A stretch of DNA of 64,000 nucleotides from Cycas panzhihuaensis (lineage: Eukaryota > Plantae > Cycadophyta). Under the pieces are notes generated by a model, which was not told the DNA's origin, searched no databases, and saw only the letters and a program-made list of their open reading frames with translations. Location of the stretch: contig CM041465.1 in assembly GCA_023213395.1 (NCBI GenBank), positions 163,067,741 to 163,131,740 of the forward strand, read 5' to 3'. A program made the position numbers and the translations under genes. Below are positions 1-12,809 of the stretch, piece after piece; the stretch's first letter is position 1; each line of letters begins with the position of its first letter.

Positions 1-3000
1 GTAATGGCGTTATGCCTCGTATATGCATGGTTCTTCGGAATTAACTCCAACAATCCTTCCAACCATACAGCTCCTCTTGCATTGACACCTAGTCCACATA
101 GTACTCAGCCTTTCTCCTTGACTAAACCAAGAGGTTGAGCCACATGAGCCATGTAGATCTCCTCTTCAAGTCTCCGTTAAGAAATGCTAACCTCACATTC
201 ATTCGATATAACTTCCAACTATATGTAGCTGCCAAAGTAAGGATCAACCGAACCGATCACAACATGGAGACTTGTGCAAATGTCTCCTCATAACTAATTG
301 CTTCTTTCTATTTGAAATCCTACGCAACAAGCTTTGCCAACTTGCAATCGACCAGGTTCTTTCTTTTGAAGGTAAGGGAACCAAATCCCACATATCACTC
401 CTCCGTTGCAACTCTCTATTACGAATCTCCTCTCATTGATATCGTTGGTGTCTATCACAAGTTTGATTAGCATGTTAATCCTTGTTCTACAATTATTCTC
501 TAGGTCTTCAACTGTCATACTAGAGTTCTCAATGGTCCTCCTAGCCCATAATGGAACACTGGTTGCAAATTGTGCCTCTTCTTGCAACGGCTCCTCATTA
601 ATACTCCCACTAGGTCCAGCTTCTGTCTCAAACACAATGTTAGGCACACAAAACTCTACACCTGTTAAACCACGACTCAAAAAAGGAAGAAATGAAGGAC
701 AAAACCTATATTCAAATGACATCTTCAACACAATACGTCATTAGCTTGTCCAATTTAACATCCAGACTAATCACAATGCAATTCCCTCTATGAATCACAT
801 AGTTTGTAAGCTTTGTTTTAATCACAAATCCCATACAAGTATACTTCAAACTCTTGCAATCCTACTGTTGCAATCTTCGTTAGAGATGTGTTCAATCAGT
901 GCACCCAAATAATCAATGGAAGGTTCCTGACCAGTCTAATACAATTCAAGGGAAATGCCACGAACAACCTTAGAAGGGATCCCATTAAACAATTATCACA
1001 ACAACTTTTGCCCAAAAACATAGGAGGTAAATCCTTTCAATGCACCAAACACCTCCACATCACCATCATGGTACCGTTCTTCATCTGCAACACAATCTTA
1101 CTGGGGTACATGGGACAACCAACTCCCCCTTTATACCATAATCAAGGCAGAACTGATTTTGAGGCATCTGTCATACACCTTTCCATTATCACTTTAATTT
1201 AATCACAAACACACTATTGAATCTACATTAGACTTTGTTCAAATATGCACAAACATTGAACCAGCATCCGACAGCCTACATACCTCATGTTATCATCCAT
1301 TCAACCACCCAAATTATAAGGGTCCACCACGGATTGATAACCACTTATACAAACAGGCCAATAAACTATAATTCTAAACTTCACCTCATATATCTGATGT
1401 AAAAACACTAATATATACTGAATAAAAACACCACTTTATAATAAATAAATCATACCTTTTAATAATGAATGTGCAATGATCCATACCACAACATATCATT
1501 TGCTCACCCTGCAGCTCAGTATTTTGATACATCATGCCCTTTCTATCAATCAATGAACATACACTGACATTGCTAGCTCACCCTTTAATCACGACCTCTT
1601 ATCAATCAGTGAAATCCACTACCATTGATATCTCGCCCAACAAACTCTCATGCAATCACATGCAACAAGAGCATACTAGCAGCTCATATCACTTACTTTG
1701 CCATCAAATCATCGCCTTCCCTATGTCACCATCATATCAAAAAATGAAACATATTTCTATCCACTCAAAATAATAACACACCTTACCTAATTAATATCAG
1801 AAAAAATTTCTTTAATATCAATGGAAAACGGAGAATATTAAAAGAAAGGGCTATTAATTTATATTTATGACGGTGACCAAAATATATATCATCCGACAAT
1901 CGTAGCGTGCAACTATCTTGCAAATACATTGACGATTAAAATATACGTCAACAGGCAATCAAAACCTGGCAATTAATATAATTAAACAAAAGGTAATGTA
2001 ATAGATACAATTAGGCGATTAATATATGTGGATTACCTTACCGTGAAATATTTACGGATACTTCATTTTCTTCCTGCAGGGTCTACGTACGTTATCTTCG
2101 CGCGGTAATCTTTGCACATACCCGCATAACCCTGTGACTTAAAAGATCTATGTCCCAATCTTTCGCGGCTCGATCCACACATCCATTTCTCTAGCGTCAA
2201 AATGATGGTAGTGATGTCTTCACACATAGGGGTGCCTACTTGTTGCAACAAAACAACTCCCTCTATGATCTTTCTATGTGGTTTGTGTGCTCACATAGCC
2301 TGCACACAACCTGCAGTTATATCTTCTCTAGCGTTGCCTCTCCAGCAATGTTCACCGCCTCCAAACCACACCGCAATTGCACACTTTTTTAATGCACTTT
2401 TACATGCATCTCTAGTGTCAACAGTCCTTAACAGTGGCACCAAGGGTTGCAACTGGCTTATCAACTGCTCCACGTAATGGATCACAACACCCGTTACGCC
2501 TTATGACTACCAACACCATCTATAAATCATAATGGCTCCCACGGTTAACTATTACACAATGCCTCGATGGCTATGATTCACCTCAGTAATCTCATTGCAA
2601 TCTCCTTTCACCAGTGGCAATGCTCTCACTCCACCTATGGCTATGCTCATTAATTCAGCTACAAACTCAGTGGCAACATAAATAAACAGATCTGGCACCT
2701 TATTTAGATTCAAAACGGACATTAACTACTAGCATCTAAGTAACCAGGGGCTACATATTCAAGAACAGGGAGCACCAGCCTTCGCTTCACACCCAAACAC
2801 CTGCACAAAATAAAGCAGCACCTTGCACTCCTCTGCACACCTCCAAAGACCAATGAATCCCTACAAAACAAATAATAGAAGGCATTGAAAATCTGCACAT
2901 GATCATTGCACCTCTGTGGTTGCTCTTTCGATTGTCGGATAAGTCGATCCTCACCAAATGCGATCGTTTATGTACACAATAGACAAAAATAGAATAAACA

Positions 3001-3260
3001 CACGGGATAATAGATTTGACGTGGGAAACCCTTTCGAGAAAAACCCACCACAAAAATATAATATCATATTTTTACAAATCTATCGTGATGTTATAATGGA
3101 CTTGGATCCTTATTTATAGATCCATAAGTGCCTCAAATATTAACATTTGGATTACATCCGTCAGCCCAATATTACATCACATACTACATCAAGAATGTTC
3201 ACACAATATTATCACCTCAATTACATTAGTTGAGTAACTAGATATAATGCCACTCTAACA
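1..3260 (-). mobile_element. Element F: decayed Ty1/Copia LTR retrotransposon, 3' part outside the window, inserted into the integrase of G1
   Basis: Minus-strand RT remnants at 1-390 (YEETFAQV, LAFLNGD..EEIYMAQPLG across frameshifts), integrase/protease remnants ~750-1300, long AT-rich leader, LTR starting TGTTAG at 3260 on the minus strand. Confidence 0.75.
2854..3260 (-). repeat. 5' LTR of Copia F (left boundary approximate)
   Basis: Starts TGTTAGAG at 3260; TATA (TATAAATA ~3111-3118); U5-type motif GTGGGTTTTT..GTTTCCCAC also seen in the H LTRs; PBS not clearly recognisable. Confidence 0.55.
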
Positions 3261-6200
3261 ATAACCCCTCTCAAGTGAATTTGTTGTCATCAAGTCAGCA
3301 GGCCAGTGCTACTCTTAGGCTCATAATCTGGAATTCTATGGGAATGATTGCCTCAACTCCATATACTAACTTAAACAAAGTTTGCCTTGTTGCTTGTTTA
3401 TATATGGTACAGAAGGCCCATAACACCAAGGATAGCTTCTCTGCCCAATCAAATCTTCCAATATCACAAATTTTTTGTAGGCAATTTTCAATGATTTTCT
3501 TTGAACTCTCCAATTGACCATCCACTCTTGGGTAATATGGAGTTGATTTGTGGTAGTTATCATAAATGTTGTTGTTAGATCTTCGACAACTTCATTTAAG
3601 TAATGCAACTCTTGATCACTTATTAATTCCAGGGGGCAACCAAATCTCATTATGATCACTTCATATAGGAATCTTGCAGTACTTGTTGAATCTACCTCTA
3701 AAGTGGCTGTGCTTCAACCCATTTTGTTGCATAGTTGATGGGAACCAAAATGCATCTTACTTGTGAATGACGAGTTACTGGTTGGATAGGACCCACAAAA
3801 TTCAAACCCCATTTTTTCAAATAGTGCTAACGACAATATTGGGGTCAATGGTTGAAAATCCTGCCGCCATGGTTTCCCCATTCTATGGCCTTGATCACAC
3901 TTTTTAACCCACTATTGAATATCCTCAAAAAGCATTGATCGCCAAAACCCAGTTGTCAATACTTTCCTCCATGTATTTTTAGCTCCAGTGTGGCCTCTTA
4001 GTACTCCTTCATAGGCTTGGGTGATAACTTGATTTATTTCATGGGATCTAATACATCGCAATACATCATCTAGCCCAAAGGCAATATAGTTCTCCATAAA
4101 TCAATTGGTACAGTTCGACTCTTCGATCTAAGTTTCCTCTCTCCACTTTATCCATATTTGTCGAAAATCTCCATGTTGCCAAATATTTAGGAATGTCTTC
4201 ATACCATTCTGTGGGTACTACCTTCGCTCTAAATAATGTTGCATTAGAGGAATTAGCTTTTATTTCCATAGCTTGTTCTCCATTCTCTATCCTTGATAAT
4301 TGGTCAAGAATAATATGTTTCTTGCCTAGTTTCACCACAATCTTGAAGGTAAACTCTTGAAAAAGCATTATCCACCTACTAATATGCCCTTTCAATAATG
4401 GCTTATTTATTAGATACATAAGGGCTTGATGATCCATGTAGAATTTAAAGGGATTGGATAGTAAATAATGTCAGAATTTTTGGAGTACATAAACCATCCC
4501 TAGACCTCTTTCTATGCTCGTATAATTCTGCTCACCCCTCATTAGCTTTCTTCTAGCGAAGTATATAGGTCGATACACATTATTCTCCCCTCGTTATGTT
4601 GATACGTAATCAATTGCAAATTGTGATGCATCTACATACACATGAAATACTTTGTTTCAATGGAGGAATCTTAGTATAGGTGTTGAGGGCTATTGCTCAT
4701 CAAGGCCCCATTCCCAATCAATATCCTTTTTTAATAAGATCTCCAAGGATCCCAAGATACATGCATATCCTTTTATGAATTCTCAATAGTATCCCGTCAA
4801 TCCAAGAAATCATTTGAGTTGCTTCCTTGCTAATGGTTACGCATAATGTAAATTTGTAGATACTTAAGGAGGACCTATCAACAAGCCTTCCTTGATGACG
4901 ATGTGCCCTAATAGGCTGTTCCCACTTCTTTAGGCTCAAGCATAAGTTGTTTTCTCGCCAAGTTTGTAACATTTCCTTTAAATTTTTCATGCAAATTTTC
5001 ATGATTTTGTATGATATCTAATCATCCAAGAATATTGCCATTTTTTCCCCAATCATCTTCTTAAAAATATTAATCATTATCATTTGGAATGTCATTGAGG
5101 TATTTTTGCTAATATAAAGGGCATCACTCTATATGCATTTGTTCCTCACTTGGTGACGAATGTCGATTTTGCTCGATCTTTGCAATAATACATGGTTATA
5201 ACTACTAAAATTGTCTATCAAAGAATATACCCCATTCCCTCTGACCAAATCTAATACATTCTCTGTGAACAGGATTGGGAATGGATCCTTTTTGGTCACC
5301 TTATTTAACTGGTAGTAGTCAACACACATCCTCATCCTCCCATTCTTCTTGGGTACTACTACCACAAGACACCCAATCACTATATTCTACTTCATAAATA
5401 TATCCAAATTCCAACATTTTATCTAACTCCACTTTCACTCTTTCTTTGTACTTAGGATTCATCCAGTATGGCCTCTACCTAATTGGGTTGGCCCCCTTGA
5501 TCAAGTCTATGTAATGCATCCCTACTTCAGCAAGGATACCTTTGGGGTCTTTGTATGACAAGGCAAAGACATCCTTGAGCTCTTCAAATAATGCTTGGGC
5601 TTCAACTAATGTCTGATCATCCCAACAATCTGCAATTATGATATTGCAAGGACTCTCCTCAATTCCTAAATTCATCTTTATTATTTTGACTTCCACACTC
5701 TTGATTTGTTAATCCCTAGTCACATAGTGTACTGAGGTTTTCTCTACCCCTCTTTTTTCATAGTGCAACTATTTATACTCGGGAAGAAAGTTGTGGGCTT
5801 CCCCCTTTCTCCTCATTGTCCTTACTTTCTATAGTCCTCACAACTGACATGGAATGTCGTTGAAGCATGTGTTAATCCAAAGGACATCACTCTATATGCA
5901 TTTGTTCCCCACTTGGTGATGAATGTCATTTTTGCTTGATCTTTTGCAACACTACTTGGTTATATCCGCTTAAATCATCTATGAAGGAATATACCTCATT
6001 CCCTCTGACTATTTCTAATACATTGTCTTTGAAAGGGATTGAGAATGGATCCTTTTTGGTCACCTTATTTAATTAGCAGTAGTCAACACACACCCTTATC
6101 CTTCCATTGTTATTAGGTACTACTACCATAGGACTCACCCAATCACTATGTTCTACTTCATAAATATATCCAAATTTCAACATTTTATACAACTCCACTT

Positions 6201-6620
6201 TCATTTTTTCTTTGTACTTGGGGTTCATCTAGTATGGCCTCTACCTAATTGGGTTGGCCACGTCGATCAAGTCTATGCAATGCATCCCTACTCTGGGAGG
6301 GATGCCTTTTGGGTCTTTATATGACAAGCCAAAGACATCCTTGAGCTCTTCAAATAATGCTTGGGCTTCAACTACTATCTAATCATCCCAATAGCCTCCA
6401 ATTATGATATTACAGGGACTCTCCTCAATTCCTGAATTCACCTTTATTGTTTTGACTTCCACACTCTTGATTTCTTAATACCTAATCATCTAGTGTACTA
6501 GGGTTTCCTCTACCTCTCTTTGTTCATAACATAACTCTTTATATACTCAGGAGGAAAGTTGTGGCCTTCCCTTTTCTCCTCATTGTTCTTACTTTCTATA
6601 GTCCTCACAATTGGCATGGA
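3261..6620 (-). pseudogene. G1 pol: RT, RNase H and integrase (disrupted)
   Basis: VVVPKKNGRMRMCVDYYQLNKVTKKDPFP (RT); DHQALMYLINKPLLKGHISRWIMLFQEF (RNase H); RFGCPLELISDQ and LVYGVEAIIPIEF (integrase); many stops and frameshifts. Confidence 0.9.
5085..6620 (-). repeat. ~765-bp tandem duplication of the RT N-terminal region of G1
   Basis: 5085-5853 aligns with 5850-6620 (e.g. CATCACTCTATATGCATTTGTTCC at 5122 and 5885); TGGA microhomology at the junction. Confidence 0.9.
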
Positions 6621-6891
6621 TTTTGTTTGCTCAACTTCTATACTCATCTTCCTAATACACTTTAACACCTTATTTATAGTTTTATGTTTCGAGCAGTAGG
6701 AAAAGGATTTGGCAAATGACCTTTTTCAAACTATCCTAGGAGACTTCTTGGACTCTCTCCCGTCTGAGAAACCATCCCTTACCTCACTTGCCCATCAATT
6801 TTAGGAATGCTTTGAGCTCTCCATGCTCATTTGCATCAACTAAAGTGTCTTAGTGGGCATTCTCATACTAAGAAGGGGGTAATGGATAACT

Positions 6892-7459
6892 TGTTAGAAC
6901 CTTCATTCCTAGCATTAAGTCTTGACCTTGTGTATTTATATTTTTGTCACTTTAGGCCCTTAATCCTAAAGTGTCATTTGTTGCATTATAAAATTGTCTT
7001 TTGTCCTATAGTGACTTTCCTCACATGTGCTTGTGAGAAGTCAACGTTAGTGGGCTTTGTCTCTTGTGAGAAGTCAACATTTGTGGGCTCTAACCTTATC
7101 CTTGGAGATGGTAGAGTCCTAATCAGATTAGGCTCCTAGTCTTGATCAGTGACATGTGTTGAGATCCTGATCATCCATTCTCCTTTATAAGGAGCCCTAT
7201 TCTTATGTTTTGGAATGTAGTATTTTGTGTTAGTGTTATGCTGCTGTAAGTGTGTCTTGTAGATGAAGTATTGAGAGGAATTCTCCTTCATGTTTGTATG
7301 TGAGATAGGTTGAGTTGAGGTTCAATACTCCTCCCTATCATCTTTCATATTTGTACTACATCATTTTCATTAATCTAAGTCTTTGTCCTTCACATTACGA
7401 TGTCCTCATCGACTTCTCAATAGATTCTGGTTCCTGTGTTGTCTCCATTGAGTCTTTCA
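6892..7459 (+). repeat. 5' LTR of A
   Basis: TG...CA termini, direct repeat of 12804-13371. Confidence 0.95.
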
Positions 7460-7462
7460 GTT

Positions 7463-7474
7463 TGGTATCTGAGC
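7463..7474 (+). promoter_or_regulatory. Primer-binding site of A (tRNA-iMet type)
   Basis: TGGTATCTGAGC, one mismatch to canonical TGGTATCAGAGC, 3 nt after the LTR. Confidence 0.9.
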
Positions 7475-9891
7475 TACAGGAACTTGAGAAGCGGTTTGGT
7501 GGCGTCAAATTTCTCCAAACCTGGTGATGACCTTCGCCATACGAAGGCGATCTAGTTGGAGCAAGGAGCAATTTCTCAAGGTTTGATGTTGAAGGAACTT
7601 AGTTTACATTCATGATTTGCAAATTCTCTTAAGAATCTGTTGTGCAAAGTTTTGAATACTTGCACTTTTTGGAGGACTAATTTTGATGCCAGGAAAAACG
7701 TTGGAGATACTAAGTTTGCAGGCAATCTGGAGCTAGTTTTCTTGTCTTTTTCATAAGACTAAGTTATTGTAATCCTTACATTGTCTATTTTGTTGCCAAA
7801 GCTTTGTGAATAAGCTGATTCCTTTGGAGGTTACAAGGAAGAAAAAGTGACTGCTTATGAGGTTTCTCATTGTCATTATTGAGGATTAAAAGTCTCACAA
7901 AGTTCTATGCATGCAAAATGCAAAGAAGGGTCTTGAAATCTTAAATTATTTCAAGATTTATTGTTAATTTACACTTTATTGTACTCTTCTTTTTTCAAAA
8001 AAAAAAAGGAAAAATTCTAACAAAAAGAAGGAAAAATTCCTCTTTTGTATTGGCTTTCCATATGTTCATGTGACAAAAAGGAGGTAAAAATCACAAAGGT
8101 TGCCTTCTCAAGTGGTTTTAATTTATCAAAAGCCTGACTGTATGCATTAACAGCTGAATCATAAGCTCCTTTATACTCAGTTTCTTCCACATACTGTTAG
8201 GAAGCAACAATTGTTAACACAGTTGCAACATGAAAAGCATCTGTCAGTGGCTTTTACATCTGCTCCCTTTGTGGCTCTAAATAACAGCTATCTCCCAGCT
8301 TCTCTGTACTGTCTTCTCTGTGTGACTCTCAGCAGTTATCTAAAGGCTGCAACCAACGCACCAACACTTAGTGTGTTATTTCTGTGCAGCTCTGTGCACT
8401 GAGCAGTTCCGTGATCCTCCGTCTGCACCTGCTCATACGAGTGATACAACTCTTCAATGGCTGTTCCGTTCACTGAACACTCATTGTTCCGTTCTCCTCT
8501 GCGGCTCGATCCTCCGTGCAACTCCCACCGTGCGTGGTCGGACCAGCGACATCCCAACTCTATGCGCAGTCCATGCGGTTCAGCTCGTCCTTCAACTCCC
8601 AGCTCACGGCTCCATTTCTTCTGTCTGTTGGCGGCTCTCCGTCTGCCCGCACCTGCTCTGCCTGCGTGGCTGCTCCGGCCCGAATGTTCCGTGTGCCTCC
8701 GTGTGTCTACGTCCCAGCAACGACGGCTCCTCTTCAGCAACTGCTCCGTCCACGTGCTCTTAATAGCGCCGCACGCAGATACGGCCCACGGAAATCCGCC
8801 CACGGAAATTACGACCTGGTAATCTTTCTTCGCCGCCGCTGCAGAAAGTTACCATTAATTTTTCATATTTTGCTATAGTTTATAACTATACTTTATATAA
8901 AGTGGAATATATTTCAAGTATATTCCTCTTTTAATCTTTCCTTTTGAAACTTTATATTTATAAAGTTTCTTTTTACTTTGTTTTTTATCTTTAATTCTAT
9001 TAAAAGAGGCTTGTTTTTATCGCTTGTTTAGTGTGCAAATCACACTAACAAACATCAAAAAATTTGCAAGTACCTTTTTAATCAAGATCATCATCATTAA
9101 ATGACTTATTGATCACTTTTTTGCAAAAATTTATGTATTTTTAATGACTTTAAGTTTTAAGTCATTAATTTTTTGAATTAAAAAAGTGATCTTTTTTAAA
9201 GTTTCTCAGAGTGTGTTATCACACTACCTTGTACACATCTTCCAAGTGTAAATTGGTGCTTCAAACACCACCATTTTGGCTTATTTTTAAGCTTGAAATT
9301 GTATCATTTTAAAGAGCTTTTTTTCTCACTGGGCTCCCTGCGAGGTGACCCATTTATAGTGAGAAAATACATCATCAAAAAGAGGAAAGAGATCAATAAA
9401 AAGAGGCAATTTTTTGGTGCGTAGTGATCAATTTTTCGATCCCAAGTGTTCTTCGTAGACTTGCTTCGTTTTTGGCTTGATTGAAGGCATTACAAGTGTA
9501 ATATGTCTGCTGCTATTTATCTCTTTGTGAGATCGTTATTGAACTTAGTTGCATTCCTTGTTAATCAACGCAATTATAGTGTAATTTGGAGCATTTTCCG
9601 ACAAAGTCTTCAGCAGCAATCGGGCCTTCACGCACACATTGTTCAGCACTCAAATCAACCCACTTTTTTCATTGAAACACTTAAGTGGGGAGGCTCGAAA
9701 AGGGTTTTTACTCTGCCTCAATGTGCCAAAAAAAACTTGGCCAATACTAATCTAGTTATCAGATTGGACGAACTTGCGAGCCAAGCCCTCCATTCCGTCC
9801 ACAAAATTTTTAGTCCCGTATTGATCTTTTGTTGGATATCGAGTGGAACTTAAGCGGCGTCAACTCAACAGTTTCCAAGTTTTCATCTGGT

Positions 9892-12809
9892 ATGGCACTC
9901 AAAATGGCGACACAGATACTAAATGCAAACACCATTAAATTAACAGGTGCTGAAAATTATCTCACTTGGAAAAAGCAAGCAAAAAACTTGCTGATTATGA
10001 ATGAATTGTGGGGTTATGTTTCAGGCGAAATCGCCAAACCAGAACCCACTCCTGATCCAGTTAATCCTCAAAATTTGATTCTAGCGGATCCTGTTGCCTT
10101 AGCTTCATTTAAAGCTAAAGATGAGATTGCACTTGCTTTTATTCATTTGTCAGTCAATGACAATGTTGATCAGAATATTGAATTTGCTACAACTTCAAAA
10201 ATTGCTTGGGACATAATCATTTCATTGTATGAACGAAAAGATGACGCACGAATTGTAATGTATAAAGTGAAATTATTCAGTTTGAAGTATGTTGCTCCAA
10301 TGGCAACTTACTTATCTTCAATTAAAGCTATCAGTAATCAACTGACAGCACTTGGGAAACCGGTTACAAACGAAGACCTAGTTACCGCAACAATTCATGC
10401 TTTGCCCAAAGAGTACAATAGTTTTATTTCTAACATCTCACGAAATGGAACTTTGTCGATTCTAACTTTTAATGAGTTAGAACGTTTACTGCTACAAGAA
10501 GAAAAGATTTATTTGCAGCAAGATGAAGCAAGCACGTCAGGTGCTTTCTCCGCGAAGTTTAAATCTAAGCAACAATTTCAGCCCAAGCAGAACTTTCAGA
10601 AACAATTTGGCAGTCTTAACATTAAATCTAAGATCATGCATCATTCTTGTGGCAAAGTTGGCCACATTCAACCTGACTGCCGAAAGCGTCAATATGACTT
10701 AAAACAACCTCAACAGCAATTTCAACGGCAACAGAATTTTCGTCAGCGGCAACAAAATCAGCAACAACAGCAGTAAACATCAAAGAACGCCAACAAAGAA
10801 CAAAGACCAACTCAAGGTGCATTCTGAGGTGGTCGACAACGAAGGACAAATTGTGGCAGTTTTCAAGGCCACACAGCCCAACATGATCCAAATGAAATGA
10901 CCTTTTTTGCGTATAGTGGCAGTCACAATGACAATACTTGCATCATCGACTCTGGCGCATCACGTTACATGACAGGTGATACAAATATCTTGTCAAATTT
11001 TCAAGAATGTTAAAGAGAAACAGTGACATTTGGGGACAATGCCATTGTCGAAATATCAGGTGTAGGTCACATTGCACCTCTTGATGAACATTCTACATTT
11101 CCTAATGGAAATGTTTTCCTAGTTCCTGGAATGCCTAAAAACTTGCTTTCTGTCAGTCAGCTTGATAAGTAGCAGATGAGTGTGTTTTTCAAAGACAGAA
11201 AGTGTATCATCAGGAACAAAGACAACCAGATTGTTGCAGTTGGTCATGAAGATCGTGGCCTCTACAAATTAGACACAACATCTGGATCTTTACATGCATG
11301 TGTCTCCCACTCAGTAAATAAAACTCAATTGTGGCATGAAAGACTTAGACATCTAAATTTTGACAGCATCAAAGATATGTTCAGACACAATTTGGTTTAT
11401 GGCTTACCCAAAATTTCTGGGGGTAATTGCCTTTGCAAATCATGCCTTATGGGGAAGCAGCATCGAGAACCTTTTCCGAAAGGTAAGGCTCAAGCACAAA
11501 GATCCACTTCAGCTTGTGCATTCTAACATCTGTGGTCCCATGACCACTCAATCTCATGGAGGATCATCATTCTTCATGACATTCATTGATGATTTCTCAC
11601 ATAAAGTGTGGGTTTACTTTCTAAAACATAAGTCAGAAGCTTTGAACAAGTTTAAGGAATTTAAACTTGCGGTTGAAAATGAATCAGGCATGCGGATCAA
11701 AATCCTCCATACAAATAATGGTGGAGAATATACATCCAAGGACTTTAGTCAATTCTGTATTCAAAATGGCATCGGACGCCAATTTTCTGCCCCATACACA
11801 TCGCAGCAGAATGGTGTAGCAGAAAGAATGAACAGAGCCTTGGTCAGTCGACCAAAAGCTATGATCCATGCCAAAGGTCTCTCATTATCATATTGGGCAG
11901 AAGCACTGCATACTGTTGCATACTTGTCAAATTGCAACTCAACTTCTGCACTTTCGGGTATGACACCCGAGGAGGCCTAAACTGGCCAGAAACCAACGGT
12001 CAGTCATTTACGTACCTTTGGATGCACGACCTACATGAACATTCCTCATCAGCAACGTCGAAAATTTGATGACAAAAGTCTCAAATGCGTCTTTGTAGGA
12101 TATGCTCCTAGCAGTAAAGCATATCGCTTGTTTGATCCTCTTACCAAAAAGACGCATACTTCACGAGACATTGTCTTTGCAGAAGACAATAGGGAGATCG
12201 ACGTCAGCATTCCTACTCTCTCCCTTGACAAAGGCAAAGCCATTCTTGAAGAATCAGTCCCTCCATCTTCCTCAACACCTTGTACTTCATCTGCACCAAC
12301 TGCTTCTTCTTCCTCCTCATCTTCCTTTGTGCCTTCATTGAGTCCTTCTACTTCTTCTTCAGAGGTTCAACAATCACCTCCAACACAGGACCATGAAGCC
12401 ACATCGTCGAAGAAGCTACCCAAATGGTACATGCAAACTATTGCAGATTCACAGATTGTTGAAGGAAAACGGCCATCCAAAATGCGACCATTGCCCACTG
12501 TCAATTACGCACTTATATCTAAAGTGCTTACTACTTTTCAGCCTTCCACTTTTGAGAAGGCATGTACAAATAAAAAGTGGCCATCTTCTCGAACAGTTGC
12601 ACAATGCAAGTGGCCATCGTCTCATATGAATGTACACAGTGTAAACAGTGATTCAACAAAGAAGCTACATTTGGATCAACCTCCTGGGATATTTCAGTCG
12701 ACCGATCGACACCGACATCTTCACCAAGCCACTTGGGAAAGAGAAGTTTGAGCATTTCAGAAGCAGCCTCAACATTCGACTTAATGCTGTATCCATTCGA
12801 GAAAGTTAG
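9892..12809 (+). pseudogene. A gag-protease-integrase with RT and RNase H vestiges
   Basis: Gag KLTGAENYLTWK..NELWGYVSG, zinc knuckle HHSCGKVGHIQPDC, protease IIDSGASRYMTG, LWHERLRHLN, integrase LVHSNICGP/FIDDFS/QNGVAERMNR, SH3 KCVFVGY; terminal DIFTKPLGKEKFEHFRSSL; several stops and frameshifts. Confidence 0.92.

Noticed and set aside
3261-3296. PPT-like TTGAGAGGGG on minus just outside the 5' LTR of F, suggesting a three-LTR or tandem structure
   Set aside because: It reads as the continuation of G1 integrase (SLRVALA..LDDNK.L), so simple insertion of F into G1 is more parsimonious.
8336-8878. Four overlapping 120-155 aa ORFs
   Set aside because: They arise from local GC richness in the leader of A and show no recognisable protein motifs.
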